Notes: a model not told the origin generated them from the sequence alone. A stretch of DNA of 64,000 nt from Armatimonadota bacterium (GCA_041690135.1 JAWLHY010000004.1:96001-160000); one strand, 5' to 3'. Positions 30,229 to 40,274 are shown, numbered from the stretch's first letter. Numbers and translations: made by a program.

Positions 30229-32904
30229 ATGCCTTCACGCACCTTCACTCGCTGCACCCTGGCTACCTCCGCGGCCCTGGCCCTGGTGAGCCCCGCCTTC
30301 CTGCAAACCACCGGCAGGGCGGCGCCGGCCCAGGCCTCCCGGAAGGAACGCCGGCCCGTTGAGGTCAGGAAGGAGAAGGCATCGCCCCCCGTCGATGTAG
30401 CGTTCTTCGAGCGGGAGGTGCGCCCCATCCTGGAGAAGAGCTGCCTCGGCTGTCACGGGGTCGGCTCCCAGTTGGGCGGTCTCGATCTGCGTTCCCGGGA
30501 GTCAGCTCTCAAGGGCGGCGTGCGCGGGGCGGCCTTCGCTCCCGGTAAGGCCGACCAGAGCCTGCTCTACCACTTCATCACGGGCCGCCGCACCCCGGTC
30601 ATGCCCCCGACCGGCAAACTGCCCCCCGCACAGATCGAAGTGCTCCGCCGCTGGCTCGATGGCGGCGCCCCCTGGCCGTCGGGCCGCATCGAGGACGCGC
30701 AGAAGCAGGTCTGGTGGTCCTTCAAGCCGCCGGCTCGCCCCCCGGTCCCGCAGCTGAAGCACGCGGAGTGGGTGCGGAACCCGATCGACGCCTTCGTGCT
30801 CCGGAAGCTCCGCGCCGAGGGACTGCGCCCCTCCCCACCCGCGACCCGCCGGGAGTTGATCCGCCGGGCCTATCTCGACCTCATCGGTCTGCCGCCCACG
30901 CCGGAGAAGATCGCCGCCTTCGAAAAGGACCCGGACCCGCGGGCCTGGGAGAAAGTGGTGGACCACCTCCTCGCGTCGCCGCACTACGGCGAGCGGTGGG
31001 GGCGCCATTGGCTGGACCTGGTCCGCTATGCCGATAGCTCTGGGTTCGAGGGGGACAAGGACCGCCCCAATGCATGGCGCTACCGCGATTATGTGATCCG
31101 GGCCTTCAACCAGGACAGGCCCTACGATCAGTTCATCCGCGAGCAGATTGCCGGCGACGAGATCCGCCCCGGAGATACGGAAGCCTTGATCGCCACGGGC
31201 TACCTGGCCTGCGGGGTCGAAGACTTTGCGATGGTGAAGCTCCCGCAGACCCGCGCCGACGAGCTGGACGACCTGGTCTCCACCACCGGCTCGGCATTCC
31301 TGGGACTCACCGTTGGCTGCGCCCGCTGCCACGATCACAAGTACGATCCGGTCACCCAGAAGGACTACTACCGCCTGCAGGCGCTGTTCGCCCCGACCGA
31401 GCGGAAAGAGGTCGACATCCCCACTCCCGAGGAGCGCCGGGCCGCCGACGAGCGCAACCGCGAGATCGACCGCGAGCTGGCCCCCCACCGCGAACGCCTC
31501 GAGGCCCTTCGGGTCAAGGGCACCCAGGCGGCCATACAGGGCGGGAACGCCAAGCCGAACGACGAGCAGATCGCCGCGGCGCTCCCCGAAGCGGAGCGGA
31601 AGACCTGGAACGAGCTGCAGGCCACCATCAAAGGCATCGAGGCCAAACGCCCCGTCCTCCCCAAAGCGCTGATCGTCACCGACAAGGCACCCAAGTGGGA
31701 GCCGGTGCACCTCCACATCCGCGGCGACGCCAACCACAAAGGCGAGGTGGTGCCGCCCGGGTTCATCGTCTCCCTTCCCGGAGGCGCCCAGGTCGTCACC
31801 GCCGAAGCGGCCACCCCCGCCACCACCGGTCGCCGCCGCGCCCTCGCCGATTGGCTGGCCAGCCGCGAGAACCCCCTCACCGCGCGCGTGTGGGTCAACC
31901 GCGTCTGGCGCCAGCACTTCGGCCGAGGCCTGGTCAACACCCCCAGCAACTTCGGCGTAAACGGGGAACTCCCCAGCCACCCGGAGCTTCTGGACTACCT
32001 CGCCAGCTCCTTCGTCGCGGGGGACAGGGGTCAGGAGTCAGGGATTGGGGGATCGGGATGGACACAACTATCACCCACACCCCGCTGGGGTACCCCGCAT
32101 CCAGACGCTGCGCCGCGGCGGCGCCAAACCGCTGCGGCTTCGAGTTCCCGGGGTTCCCATTACGCATTACGCAATACGCATTACGCCGGCGCACCCCGCC
32201 CCCCAGCCCCCAACCCCCAGCCCCCCACCCCCAACCTGGCCTGGTCCACCAAGGCTCTCCACCGCCTCATGCTGCTCTCCGCCACCTACCAGCAGTCGTC
32301 CCGGCCCGACGACGCACGGATGAAGGCGGGCATGGCAAAAGACCCGGAGAACCGGCACTACTGGCGGATGCCGGTCCGCCGCCTGGAAGCGGAGGCCATC
32401 CGCGACAGCATCCTGACCGTGGCCGGCACCTTGAACCGGGAGATGGGAGGACCGCCGGTCTACCCGCCGGTCGATCCCAGCCTGCGAGCCGATACCTTCC
32501 AGGGGGTCAACTGGCCGGAAGGCGAAGACAGCTTCAAGACCCGGCGTCGCAGTGTTTACGTAAAGGTCAAGCGCTCGCTCCTGCTGCCCCAGCTCGAAGT
32601 GTTCGACTGCCCGGAGATCACTTCGTCGGTGGCGCAGCGGAACGTCACGATCACTCCGCTCCAGGCGCTGACGCTCTTGAACGATCCGCTGATCGTGCGG
32701 CAGGCCGGGCTGTTCGCGGAACGGCTCCGGAAAGAGGTCGGCGACGAGCCGCGACGCCAGGTAGAGCGCGCCTACCAGCTCGCCCTGGGCCGCACCCCCA
32801 CCCCGGCCGAGCTCCAGTTAAGCCTGCGCTTCCTGGCCAAACGGCCCCTGGCGGACTTCTGCCACGCCGTCCTGAATCTCAACGAGTTCATCTACGTCCC
32901 GTAG
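30229..32904 (+). CDS. Planctomycete cytochrome c (PSCyt1) + DUF1549 + DUF1553 protein
   Basis: CLGCH and CARCHDHKYDP heme motifs, NPIDAFV, YGERWGRHWLDLVRYADS, NPLTARVWVNRVW, PSHPELLDYLA, RLEAEAIRDSIL, LNLNEFIY. Confidence 0.93.
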   Translation: MPSRTFTRCTLATSAALALVSPAFLQTTGRAAPAQASRKERRPVEVRKEKASPPVDVAFFEREVRPILEKSCLGCHGVGSQLGGLDLRSRESALKGGVRGAAFAPGKADQSLLYHFITGRRTPVMPPTGKLPPAQIEVLRRWLDGGAPWPSGRIEDAQKQVWWSFKPPARPPVPQLKHAEWVRNPIDAFVLRKLRAEGLRPSPPATRRELIRRAYLDLIGLPPTPEKIAAFEKDPDPRAWEKVVDHLLASPHYGERWGRHWLDLVRYADSSGFEGDKDRPNAWRYRDYVIRAFNQDRPYDQFIREQIAGDEIRPGDTEALIATGYLACGVEDFAMVKLPQTRADELDDLVSTTGSAFLGLTVGCARCHDHKYDPVTQKDYYRLQALFAPTERKEVDIPTPEERRAADERNREIDRELAPHRERLEALRVKGTQAAIQGGNAKPNDEQIAAALPEAERKTWNELQATIKGIEAKRPVLPKALIVTDKAPKWEPVHLHIRGDANHKGEVVPPGFIVSLPGGAQVVTAEAATPATTGRRRALADWLASRENPLTARVWVNRVWRQHFGRGLVNTPSNFGVNGELPSHPELLDYLASSFVAGDRGQESGIGGSGWTQLSPTPRWGTPHPDAAPRRRQTAAASSSRGSHYALRNTHYAGAPRPPAPNPQPPTPNLAWSTKALHRLMLLSATYQQSSRPDDARMKAGMAKDPENRHYWRMPVRRLEAEAIRDSILTVAGTLNREMGGPPVYPPVDPSLRADTFQGVNWPEGEDSFKTRRRSVYVKVKRSLLLPQLEVFDCPEITSSVAQRNVTITPLQALTLLNDPLIVRQAGLFAERLRKEVGDEPRRQVERAYQLALGRTPTPAELQLSLRFLAKRPLADFCHAVLNLNEFIYVP
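32020..32235. repeat. In-frame 216-nt insertion built of heptamer arrays
   Basis: Six G-rich heptamers (32020-32061), four CATTACG-type units (32158-32185), six CCCCARC-type heptamers (32194-32235). Confidence 0.85.
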
Positions 32905-32919
32905 GAACAAACGAAACCC

Positions 32920-33159
32920 ATGAGTATCACGGTCACCCTGGATGAGGCACGGGCCGGCATTTCGGACCTTCTGGAACGCGTCATCACCGAAGACCAGGAA
33001 GTCATCATTTCGCAGGCGGGACAGCCCGTCGCGCGGCTACTTCCAGTTGGGAAGAAACCTGCCCAGCGCGTCCCCGGCACCGCCATCGGGCGAATAACCC
33101 TCGCCGAGGACTTCGATGCCCCTCTCCCTGAGGAAATCCTTGAAGATGCCCACTCTTGA
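32920..33159 (+). CDS. Phd/YefM (prevent-host-death) family antitoxin
   Basis: VTLDEARAGISDLLERV, EVIISQAGQPVARLLP, RVPG..G...EDFDAPLPEE. Confidence 0.88.
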   Translation: MSITVTLDEARAGISDLLERVITEDQEVIISQAGQPVARLLPVGKKPAQRVPGTAIGRITLAEDFDAPLPEEILEDAHS

Positions 33160-33574
33160 AGACGCGATTGCCCTCGCTGCCCAAGCCCATAAGGGCCAAC
33201 AGGATAAGGCCGGCGCCCCCTATATCCTGCACCCCATCCGGGTGATGCTCCGGGTCGAATCGGAGGAAGAGCGGCTGACGGCGATCCTACACGACGTGGT
33301 GGAAGACTCCCCCTACACCGTGGAGAAGCTGCGCGAGCTGGGCTATCCCGAGGCGGTGGTTTCCGCCGTCGATCGCCTGAGCCGTCGGGAGGACGAGACC
33401 TACGACGAGTTCATCGAGCGGATCGCGCCGGACCCCCTCGCCCGCCGCGTGAAGATCGCGGACCTGGAAGACAACATCGACCTGACGCGCATCAAAGACC
33501 CCCAGCAGCGAGACTACGACCGCCTCGCCCGCTACGAAAAGGCCCTCGCTCGTCTCACCGGCTTGCCGGGTTAA
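33146..33574 (+). CDS. HD-domain protein (small RelA/SpoT-type hydrolase-like)
   Basis: AAQAHKGQQDKAGAPYILHPIRV, AILHDVVED, RRVKIADLEDN; start overlaps the end of the antitoxin. Confidence 0.88.
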   Translation: MPTLEDAIALAAQAHKGQQDKAGAPYILHPIRVMLRVESEEERLTAILHDVVEDSPYTVEKLRELGYPEAVVSAVDRLSRREDETYDEFIERIAPDPLARRVKIADLEDNIDLTRIKDPQQRDYDRLARYEKALARLTGLPG

Positions 33575-33769
33575 CTGACAGAGCGCCGCCAGCCCACCTT
33601 TTGGGGCAGCGAGTGCTCACCGTTGCGGGCAACTCCAGGACCATCCGACCACCGGCGCAAATGCCCCTGTGCACACCCTCAACAGCTTCAACCGTAGGGC
33701 GCACATAGCCTTAACTCCTCAAGGCATATGCCAGTCCATACCTCTCGCACCTGCTGGGAACACTGCGAC

Positions 33770-33893
33770 TTCCATCCGTACCCCTTCTGGTCTCCCAATA
33801 CTCCGTGTCCATCCGTTCGATCCGTGCCATCCGTGTCTGAATCCCGCCCGAAGTCTGTGTCCCTTCTCGTACCGTCTCGTGTCCATCTGCGTC
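33770..33893. repeat. Degenerate ATCCGTGTCC-type short repeat array
   Basis: tccatccgta, ccgtgtccatccgttcgatccgtgccatccgtgtc, cgtgtccatctgcgtc. Confidence 0.6.
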
Positions 33894-33951
33894 GGAATTG
33901 AACCCGGAATCTACAGCAGGCAGACCGGCGCCCGCCGCCGAACATCACCGC

Positions 33952-34974
33952 ATGTCCAACCCCTTCCGTGTCGGCCTCACCCGCGACTTCCTGAAACCCG
34001 ACGGCACCCTCGGCTTCGGGGATATCGGTCTCGACCTGCTCGACGCCGCTCCCGGCCTGGAGTGGGAGTTCCTGGCGGAGAACACGCCCGAGCTCACCCC
34101 TGACCAGATTCGCGACTACGACGCCCTGCTCGTCCTCTCCCCCCAGATCACGGCGGCCACGCTGGAGGGCGTGGAGCGACTGTCGGTGGTGGCGCGGTTC
34201 GGCGTGGGGTACGACAACGTCGACGTGCCCGCCTGTACCCGCAGCGGCGTGCTCCTCACCATCACGCCCGACGGCGTCCGCCGGCCGGTGGCGGTGACGG
34301 CCATGACCTTCCTGCTCGCCCTCAGCCATCGCCTGCTGCAGAAAGACCGCCTCACCCGCGAGGGCCGCTGGGCAGAGAAGTTGGACTACATGGGAATGGG
34401 CGTCACCGGCCGCACGCTGGGGGTCATCGGGTTCGGCAACATCGGGAGGGAGATCTTCCACCTCGCCCGGCCGTTCGGGATGCGCCACTTGGCCGCCGAC
34501 CCCCTGGCTTCCGCGGAGGCGGCGCGGGAGTTGGGCGTGGACCTCGTGCCGCTCGACACGCTGCTGGCCGAGTCGGATTACGTCTGCATCTGCTGCGCCC
34601 TCACGGCGGAGACCCATCACCTGCTCGATGCCGCGAAGCTTTCGCTGATGAAGCCGTCGGCGTACCTCATCAACGTCGCCCGCGGGCCCATCGTCGATCA
34701 GCGGGCGCTCACGGAAGCCCTGCGTGAGGAGCGGATCGCCGGGGCGGGACTGGACGTGTTCGAACGAGAGCCGGTCGATCCCGAGGACCCCATCCTCACC
34801 CTGGATAACGTGATCGTGGCGCCCCACGCCCTTTGCTGGACCGACGAATGCTTCCTGGGAAACGGCCGCAGCGCGTGCGAGAGCATCCTCGACGTGGCCG
34901 CGGGACGTGTGCCCCGGTATGTGGTCAACCGGGAGGCGCTCAACCACCCCCGGCTCAAGGAACGACTGAAATGA
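33952..34974 (+). CDS. D-isomer-specific 2-hydroxyacid dehydrogenase
   Basis: RFGVGYDNVD, GVIGFGNIG, LINVARGPIVD, AGLDVFEREP, APH. Confidence 0.92.
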   Translation: MSNPFRVGLTRDFLKPDGTLGFGDIGLDLLDAAPGLEWEFLAENTPELTPDQIRDYDALLVLSPQITAATLEGVERLSVVARFGVGYDNVDVPACTRSGVLLTITPDGVRRPVAVTAMTFLLALSHRLLQKDRLTREGRWAEKLDYMGMGVTGRTLGVIGFGNIGREIFHLARPFGMRHLAADPLASAEAARELGVDLVPLDTLLAESDYVCICCALTAETHHLLDAAKLSLMKPSAYLINVARGPIVDQRALTEALREERIAGAGLDVFEREPVDPEDPILTLDNVIVAPHALCWTDECFLGNGRSACESILDVAAGRVPRYVVNREALNHPRLKERLK

Positions 34975-35753
34975 GAGAGAACCGCGTCAAGCGCATGCTG
35001 CAGCAGGGGGGGACTGCCCTCGGCACGATGGTGATGGAGTTCAACACCAGCGGGATCGGCCGGATCGCCGCCGACGCCGGCGCCGAGTTCGTGGTGTTCG
35101 ACCAGGAGCATACCGGCTGGAGCGTGGAGACGGTCCGCGCCCTGATCGCTACGTCCCGCTCCGCCGACCTGGCCCCCTTCGTGCGCGTCCCTGCCACCCA
35201 GTACCACCTGCTGGCTCGGGTCATGGACATGGGCGCGATGGGCCTCATGGTCCCGATGGTCGAGACAGAAGAGCAGGCCCGCCTCGTGGTGCAAAGCGCG
35301 AAGTACCCCCCGGTGGGGCGCCGGGGTGCCGGCTTCGGCCTCGCCCACGACGATTACCTGGACGGCGACATCCTGGAAAAGATGCGCAGCGCCAACACGG
35401 AGGGCCTGATCATCACCCAGATCGAAACGGCCCTCGGCGTCGAGAACGCCGAACGGATCGCGGCAGTGGAAGGGGTCGACGTCCTCTGGATCGGGCACTT
35501 CGATCTCACCAACTCGCTCGGCATCCCCGGCCAGTTCCGCCACCCGGACTACCTGGCCGCCGTCGACCGCGTCCTCGCTGCGTGCTCCCGCCACGGCAAG
35601 GCGCCCGGCATCATGGTCGGCAGCGTGGATGAGGGCCGCGCCCACCTGGAACTGGGGTTCCGCATCGTTGCCTACTGGGCTGATCTCTGGATCTACAAGT
35701 CCGCCCTGCGAGCGAGTCTCGCCGCCCTCCGCTCTCCTGGCGAGAATGCGTAA
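34971..35753 (+). CDS. HpcH/HpaI aldolase/citrate lyase family protein
   Basis: FDQEH, VRVP, MDMGAMGLMVPMV, KYPPVGRRG, QIET, LWIGHFDL; ATGA overlap with the dehydrogenase. Confidence 0.92.
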   Translation: MRENRVKRMLQQGGTALGTMVMEFNTSGIGRIAADAGAEFVVFDQEHTGWSVETVRALIATSRSADLAPFVRVPATQYHLLARVMDMGAMGLMVPMVETEEQARLVVQSAKYPPVGRRGAGFGLAHDDYLDGDILEKMRSANTEGLIITQIETALGVENAERIAAVEGVDVLWIGHFDLTNSLGIPGQFRHPDYLAAVDRVLAACSRHGKAPGIMVGSVDEGRAHLELGFRIVAYWADLWIYKSALRASLAALRSPGENA

Positions 35754-36229
35754 TCGCGATCGTGATCGTAATCGAGATCGAATCTATCCCGGCCATCAGA
35801 GCAGACGCCATGGTTGGTTGACGGGCGCATTGTCAGCCTCTGGGGAAGGGACAGCGCGTTGTTCCTCGGGCCCGCTCCAACTTCAGTCGGGGTATACTCG
35901 TCCTATGGCAAAGGATGTAGCGGCGCATCCGGTAAAGAGAGTGCGTTTTCCCGACCAGGCCATCGCCGTCTTGAGGAGAGAATCCCACCTCCGGACCTGC
36001 ACTGTAGGGAATGCGATGCCGTTCCATTCCGCTGTCGGTGAAGCTGAAGCCGTTACGCCGACCCGGATCGGCCTTGGACGTGGACTTCCGCGAGTTGGCA
36101 GGACCTGATCGCATCCGAAACAGCGGAACGCTGCGGCGAGACGTTCCCTACGGGTGCCATTTTCCGAGGTCCGCCAGCTGTAGAACAGGAGTCGAGGGGA
36201 GATTCCGAGAGAGCACGAGGGTTGATGAG

Positions 36230-37690
36230 ATGGCGAGCAACAAGCGATTACTCAACCAGTCCACCTGGGTCAGCCGGCGCGACTTCCTGAACCGTGCCGG
36301 GGGCGGCATCGGGGGTCTCGCGCTTGCCACGCTCCTGGCGCAGGAGTCCCGAGCCGCCGCACCGGAAGCCGGCCCCAAACCGGAAGTGGATCCCCTCGCC
36401 GAGCGGGAGCCGCACTTCCGGCCCCGCGCCAAGCGCGTCATTTCCATCTTCCTCTTCGGCGGTCTCAGTCATATCGACAGCTTCGACCCTAAGGAAGAGC
36501 TCACCCGGCGCGACGGCGAACCGGTGGCCGGCAAGCAGGGATTCGACACCATGGGTCGCAGCGCTCCCGGCAAGCTGATGAAGAGCCCGTGGTCGTTCAA
36601 GCGGTACGGCCGGTGCGGCATGCCAGTCTCGGACCTCTTCCCCGCCATCGGCGCGTGCGCGGACGAGCTGGCGCTGATCCGCTCCATGAAGTCGGAGAGC
36701 AACAACCACGTCCCCGCCCTCTATCACATCCTCACCGGCAGCACCTTCGGCGGCCGCCCCGGCCTCGGCTCCTGGGTCACCTACGGCCTCGGTACGGAGA
36801 ACCAGAACCTGCCGGCCTTCGTGGTGATGACCGATCCTCGGGCCCTCGTGGGCGGCGGCGCCAGTAACTGGAGCTCCGGGTTCCTGCCCTCGAACTACCA
36901 GGGAGTGCAATTCCGCAGCTCGGGGCTGCCGGTCCTCAACCTCAAGCCGCCGGACGGAGTGACGCCGGAAAAGCAGCGGGAACAGTTGGATCTCATCGGG
37001 CGGCTCAACGAGGAGTTCCTGAAGACGCGCCCCTGGGAATCGGACCTGGCCGCCCGCATCCGGTCCTACGAGCTCGCCTATCGCATGCAGGCGGAGGCCA
37101 CCGAGGCCGTGGACCTCACTCGGGAAACGGAGACCACCCGCAGACTCTACGGGATGGACCAGCCGCAGACGGAGATGTTCGGGCGCCAATGCCTCCTTGC
37201 CCGGCGCCTGGTGGAGCGCGGCGTCCGGTTCGTCCAGCTCTTCAGCGGCGGCGGCGTCTTCGACCAGAACTGGGACGCGCATAACGGCATCGTCAAGAAC
37301 CACGAGATGCACGCCCGCGAGGTGGACGTGCCGGTCGCCGGACTACTCCGGGATCTCCGCCAGCGCGGCCTGCTGGACGAGACCCTCGTGGTCTTCCACA
37401 CCGAGTTCGGCCGGATGCCGTTCACGGAGGGGAGCACCGGACGGGACCACAACCCCCATGCTTTCAGCGTCTGGCTGGCGGGGGCGGGCGTGCGGGGCGG
37501 AACGATTTTCGGCGCGTCGGACGAGATCGGGTACCGCGTGGCGGAGAAGCCGCAAAGCGTTTATGATTTGAACGCCACCCTCCTGCATTTGCTGGGGCTG
37601 AATCACGAGCGCCTGACCTACCATTACAATGGGCGCGACATGCGCCTGACCGATGTCAGCGGGATCGTGATGCGCGAGATCCTCTCCTGA
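36230..37690 (+). CDS. DUF1501 family protein with Tat-like signal
   Basis: SRRDFL, RAKRVISIFLFGGLSHIDSFDPK, GSWVTYGLGTENQNLP, CLLARRLVERGVRFVQ, TEFGRMP, GRDHNP, RLTDV. Confidence 0.93.
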   Translation: MASNKRLLNQSTWVSRRDFLNRAGGGIGGLALATLLAQESRAAAPEAGPKPEVDPLAEREPHFRPRAKRVISIFLFGGLSHIDSFDPKEELTRRDGEPVAGKQGFDTMGRSAPGKLMKSPWSFKRYGRCGMPVSDLFPAIGACADELALIRSMKSESNNHVPALYHILTGSTFGGRPGLGSWVTYGLGTENQNLPAFVVMTDPRALVGGGASNWSSGFLPSNYQGVQFRSSGLPVLNLKPPDGVTPEKQREQLDLIGRLNEEFLKTRPWESDLAARIRSYELAYRMQAEATEAVDLTRETETTRRLYGMDQPQTEMFGRQCLLARRLVERGVRFVQLFSGGGVFDQNWDAHNGIVKNHEMHAREVDVPVAGLLRDLRQRGLLDETLVVFHTEFGRMPFTEGSTGRDHNPHAFSVWLAGAGVRGGTIFGASDEIGYRVAEKPQSVYDLNATLLHLLGLNHERLTYHYNGRDMRLTDVSGIVMREILS

Positions 37691-37694
37691 GCCT

Positions 37695-39557
37695 ATGCCC
37701 GAAATTCTCGATGTCCAGAAGCTCCGCCTGATCCAGCAGGCGGAGGCGCCCACAGCCGATGCCGTGCTCGAATGCGACCTCCTGATTGCCGGCGGAAGCC
37801 TGGGAGGGTGCGCCGCCGCCCTGGCCGCCTGCCGCGCGGGCCGAAAAGTGGTGTTGACGGAGGAAACCGACTGGCTCGGCGGGCAGATCACCAGCCAGGG
37901 TGTTTCGGCCCTGGACGAAAACCCCTACATCGAAACGTTCAGCGGCACTCGCTCCTATTACGAACTGCGCGACCTGATCCGCCGCTTCTACCGGGAGAGG
38001 GCCACGCTTTCGGATGCGGGCCGGCAGGCGGCGGCGTTTAACCCCGGCAACGGCTGGGTCAGCCGCCTCTGCTTCGAACCGCGCGCCGGCCTGTGGGCGC
38101 TGGAGCAGTTGCTCCATCCATTTGAAGAGTCCGGCCAGTTGACGGTCCTGCTCCGCTACCGCGCCGTCTCGGCGGAAGTAACGGACGACACGGTGCGCTC
38201 GGTGCTGTTCCGGCATCTCGACGGGCCGGAACACGTCGCCGTCCGGGCCGACTTCGTGCTGGACGCCACGGAGCTAGGGGACCTGCTGCCGCTTACCGGC
38301 GCGGAATATGTCTTGGGCGCGGAGAGCCGGGAGGAGACCGGCGAGCCGCACGCTCTCGACGGGCCCACCCGGCCGGAGTGGGTGCAGTCGTTCACCTACC
38401 CGTTCGTGCTGGAACATCGAGCCGGAGAGCGTCACTCGATCGCGTGCCCACCCGACTACGCGCTCAATGCCGAACGGCAGCCGTACACTCTGCGGCACTG
38501 GTACGACGACGAGCGCGGCTGGGTGACCTACCGCATGTTCGCGGAGACGGAAGGCACCGCCGGCCCCTTCTGGACTTACCGACGGTTGGTCGACGCGCGT
38601 AACTTCGACGACTCTCGCTACACACACGACCTGGCGATGATCAACTGGCCGGGGAATGATTACCGCCACGGAGGCATCGTCGACGTGCCGCCCGCACAGG
38701 CCCTGGCCGCATTGGAATCCGCCCGGCGCCTCAGTCTGGGGTTCTGTTACTGGCTCCAGAACCACTGCCCTCGCGACGACGGCGGCACGGGTTACGGGGA
38801 GCTGCACCTCCGCCCGGACATCCTGGGCACCGGCGACGGTCTCTCCCGCTATCCCTATATCCGCGAGTCACGGCGAATTCGCTCCGTGCGCCCGATCCTG
38901 GAAACGGATATCAGCGCGGCCTACCATTCCGGAGCGCGCGCCGGATACTTCCCCGACAGCGTCGGCGTGGGCTACTATCCCATCGATATCCATCCCACCG
39001 AGGGGGAGGGGAAGATGCCGCCGGCACGGACCCTTCCCTTCCAGATCCCGCTTTCGGCCCTGGTGCCGGTGCGCATCAAGAACCTGCTGCCGGCCTGCAA
39101 AAACATCGGCACGACCCACATTACGAACGGGGCTTACCGCCTTCACCCGACGGAATGGAACATCGGCGAGGCGGCGGCCCTTCTGGCGGTCTTCTGCCTG
39201 GACCGCAGCCTCTCGCCGCAAACGGTCCTGGAAGATGGTCACCGCCGCCGCCGCTTCCAGCGCCGCCTGGTGCGCTCGGGACTCCCGATCCACTGGTTCA
39301 CCGACCTTCCCCTCTCCCATTCCGCCTTCGAAGCGGCCCAACTGGTGGCCGGATGGGGCGTATGGACCGGCGATCCGAATTCTCTCGAGGCCCGGCCCAC
39401 GCAGGCGGCGGGACCCGCGGAGTTGCGGACGTTCACAGAGGCGCCGCGGTGGGCCCGCGAGCGAGTCGAGCGGCTCCTGTCCACCTGGCTCCCCCGCTGG
39501 CCCGACACGGATCGCGCCACCCTCCTCCGCGCCGCCTACGCTGTGCTGAGCATCTAA
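37695..39557 (+). CDS. FAD-dependent oxidoreductase (FAD_oxidored family)
   Basis: LLIAGGSLGGCAAA, WLGGQITSQGVS, LDATELGDL, YIRESRR, FQIPLSAL, AYRLHPTEWNIGE. Confidence 0.88.
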   Translation: MPEILDVQKLRLIQQAEAPTADAVLECDLLIAGGSLGGCAAALAACRAGRKVVLTEETDWLGGQITSQGVSALDENPYIETFSGTRSYYELRDLIRRFYRERATLSDAGRQAAAFNPGNGWVSRLCFEPRAGLWALEQLLHPFEESGQLTVLLRYRAVSAEVTDDTVRSVLFRHLDGPEHVAVRADFVLDATELGDLLPLTGAEYVLGAESREETGEPHALDGPTRPEWVQSFTYPFVLEHRAGERHSIACPPDYALNAERQPYTLRHWYDDERGWVTYRMFAETEGTAGPFWTYRRLVDARNFDDSRYTHDLAMINWPGNDYRHGGIVDVPPAQALAALESARRLSLGFCYWLQNHCPRDDGGTGYGELHLRPDILGTGDGLSRYPYIRESRRIRSVRPILETDISAAYHSGARAGYFPDSVGVGYYPIDIHPTEGEGKMPPARTLPFQIPLSALVPVRIKNLLPACKNIGTTHITNGAYRLHPTEWNIGEAAALLAVFCLDRSLSPQTVLEDGHRRRRFQRRLVRSGLPIHWFTDLPLSHSAFEAAQLVAGWGVWTGDPNSLEARPTQAAGPAELRTFTEAPRWARERVERLLSTWLPRWPDTDRATLLRAAYAVLSI

Positions 39558-39560
39558 CCG

Positions 39561-40124
39561 TCAGGCGGCCTTGCGTCCCGCCTGCTGTAACCCGAAGAGC
39601 TCCAGCATGGCGTTGTTGAACACGGGGATATCCTTCGGGTTCCGCGCGGTGACGATATTCCCGTCCACCACAGGAGCATCGTCCACCCATTCCGCCCCCG
39701 CATTCAACAGGTCGTCCTTAATCGTGTGGTAACTGGTGACGGAGCGGTCTTCGACGAGATCCGCCGAGACCAGCACCCACGGCCCATGGCAAATCACCGC
39801 CATCGGCTTGCCTGCGTCATCGAAGTCGCGGACGAACTCCAGCACCCGTTCGTCCGCCCGGAGTTGATCCGGGCTGTGGGCGCCTCCGGGCACGAGCAGC
39901 GCGTCGTAGTCATCGGCACTGGCCTGGTCGATGGTCCGGTCCACCGGGAAGGCATCACCCTTTTCGAAGTGGTTGAACCCCTGGACCATTCCCGGTTTGA
40001 GGGAAATCACTTCCACCGTGGCGCCCGCCTGTTGGAGCGCCTTGCACGGTTCGGTGAACTCGATCTGTTCGAACCCGTCCGCCATGAGGGCGGCCACCCT
40101 GAAGTTCTGGTTCTGCTGTGCCAT
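39561..40124 (-). CDS. pfpI: PfpI/DJ-1 family type 1 glutamine amidotransferase-like protein
   Basis: DGFEQIEFTEP, YDALLVPGG, AVICHGPW, NAGAEWVD, VTARNPKD. Confidence 0.9.
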   Translation of the reverse strand: MAQQNQNFRVAALMADGFEQIEFTEPCKALQQAGATVEVISLKPGMVQGFNHFEKGDAFPVDRTIDQASADDYDALLVPGGAHSPDQLRADERVLEFVRDFDDAGKPMAVICHGPWVLVSADLVEDRSVTSYHTIKDDLLNAGAEWVDDAPVVDGNIVTARNPKDIPVFNNAMLELFGLQQAGRKAA

Positions 40125-40188
40125 TCTGAATCCCCATGCCCCATCCTGCGCCATCCTGGTGCTGTCGCGGGGCTGTCTCGGAACGTCT

Positions 40189-40214
40189 TTACCCCGGCGG
40201 GAGCACAGCATAAC
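40189..40214 (-). promoter_or_regulatory. Putative SigB/SigF-type promoter GTTAT-N15-GGGTAA
   Basis: On the minus strand, 65 nt upstream of the pfpI start. Confidence 0.45.
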
Positions 40215-40274
40215 TCGGATTGAAGTCGCCGCCCTCGCCGCCGACGATGGCAAGTGGAAGGGGAAAGCTGAAGG

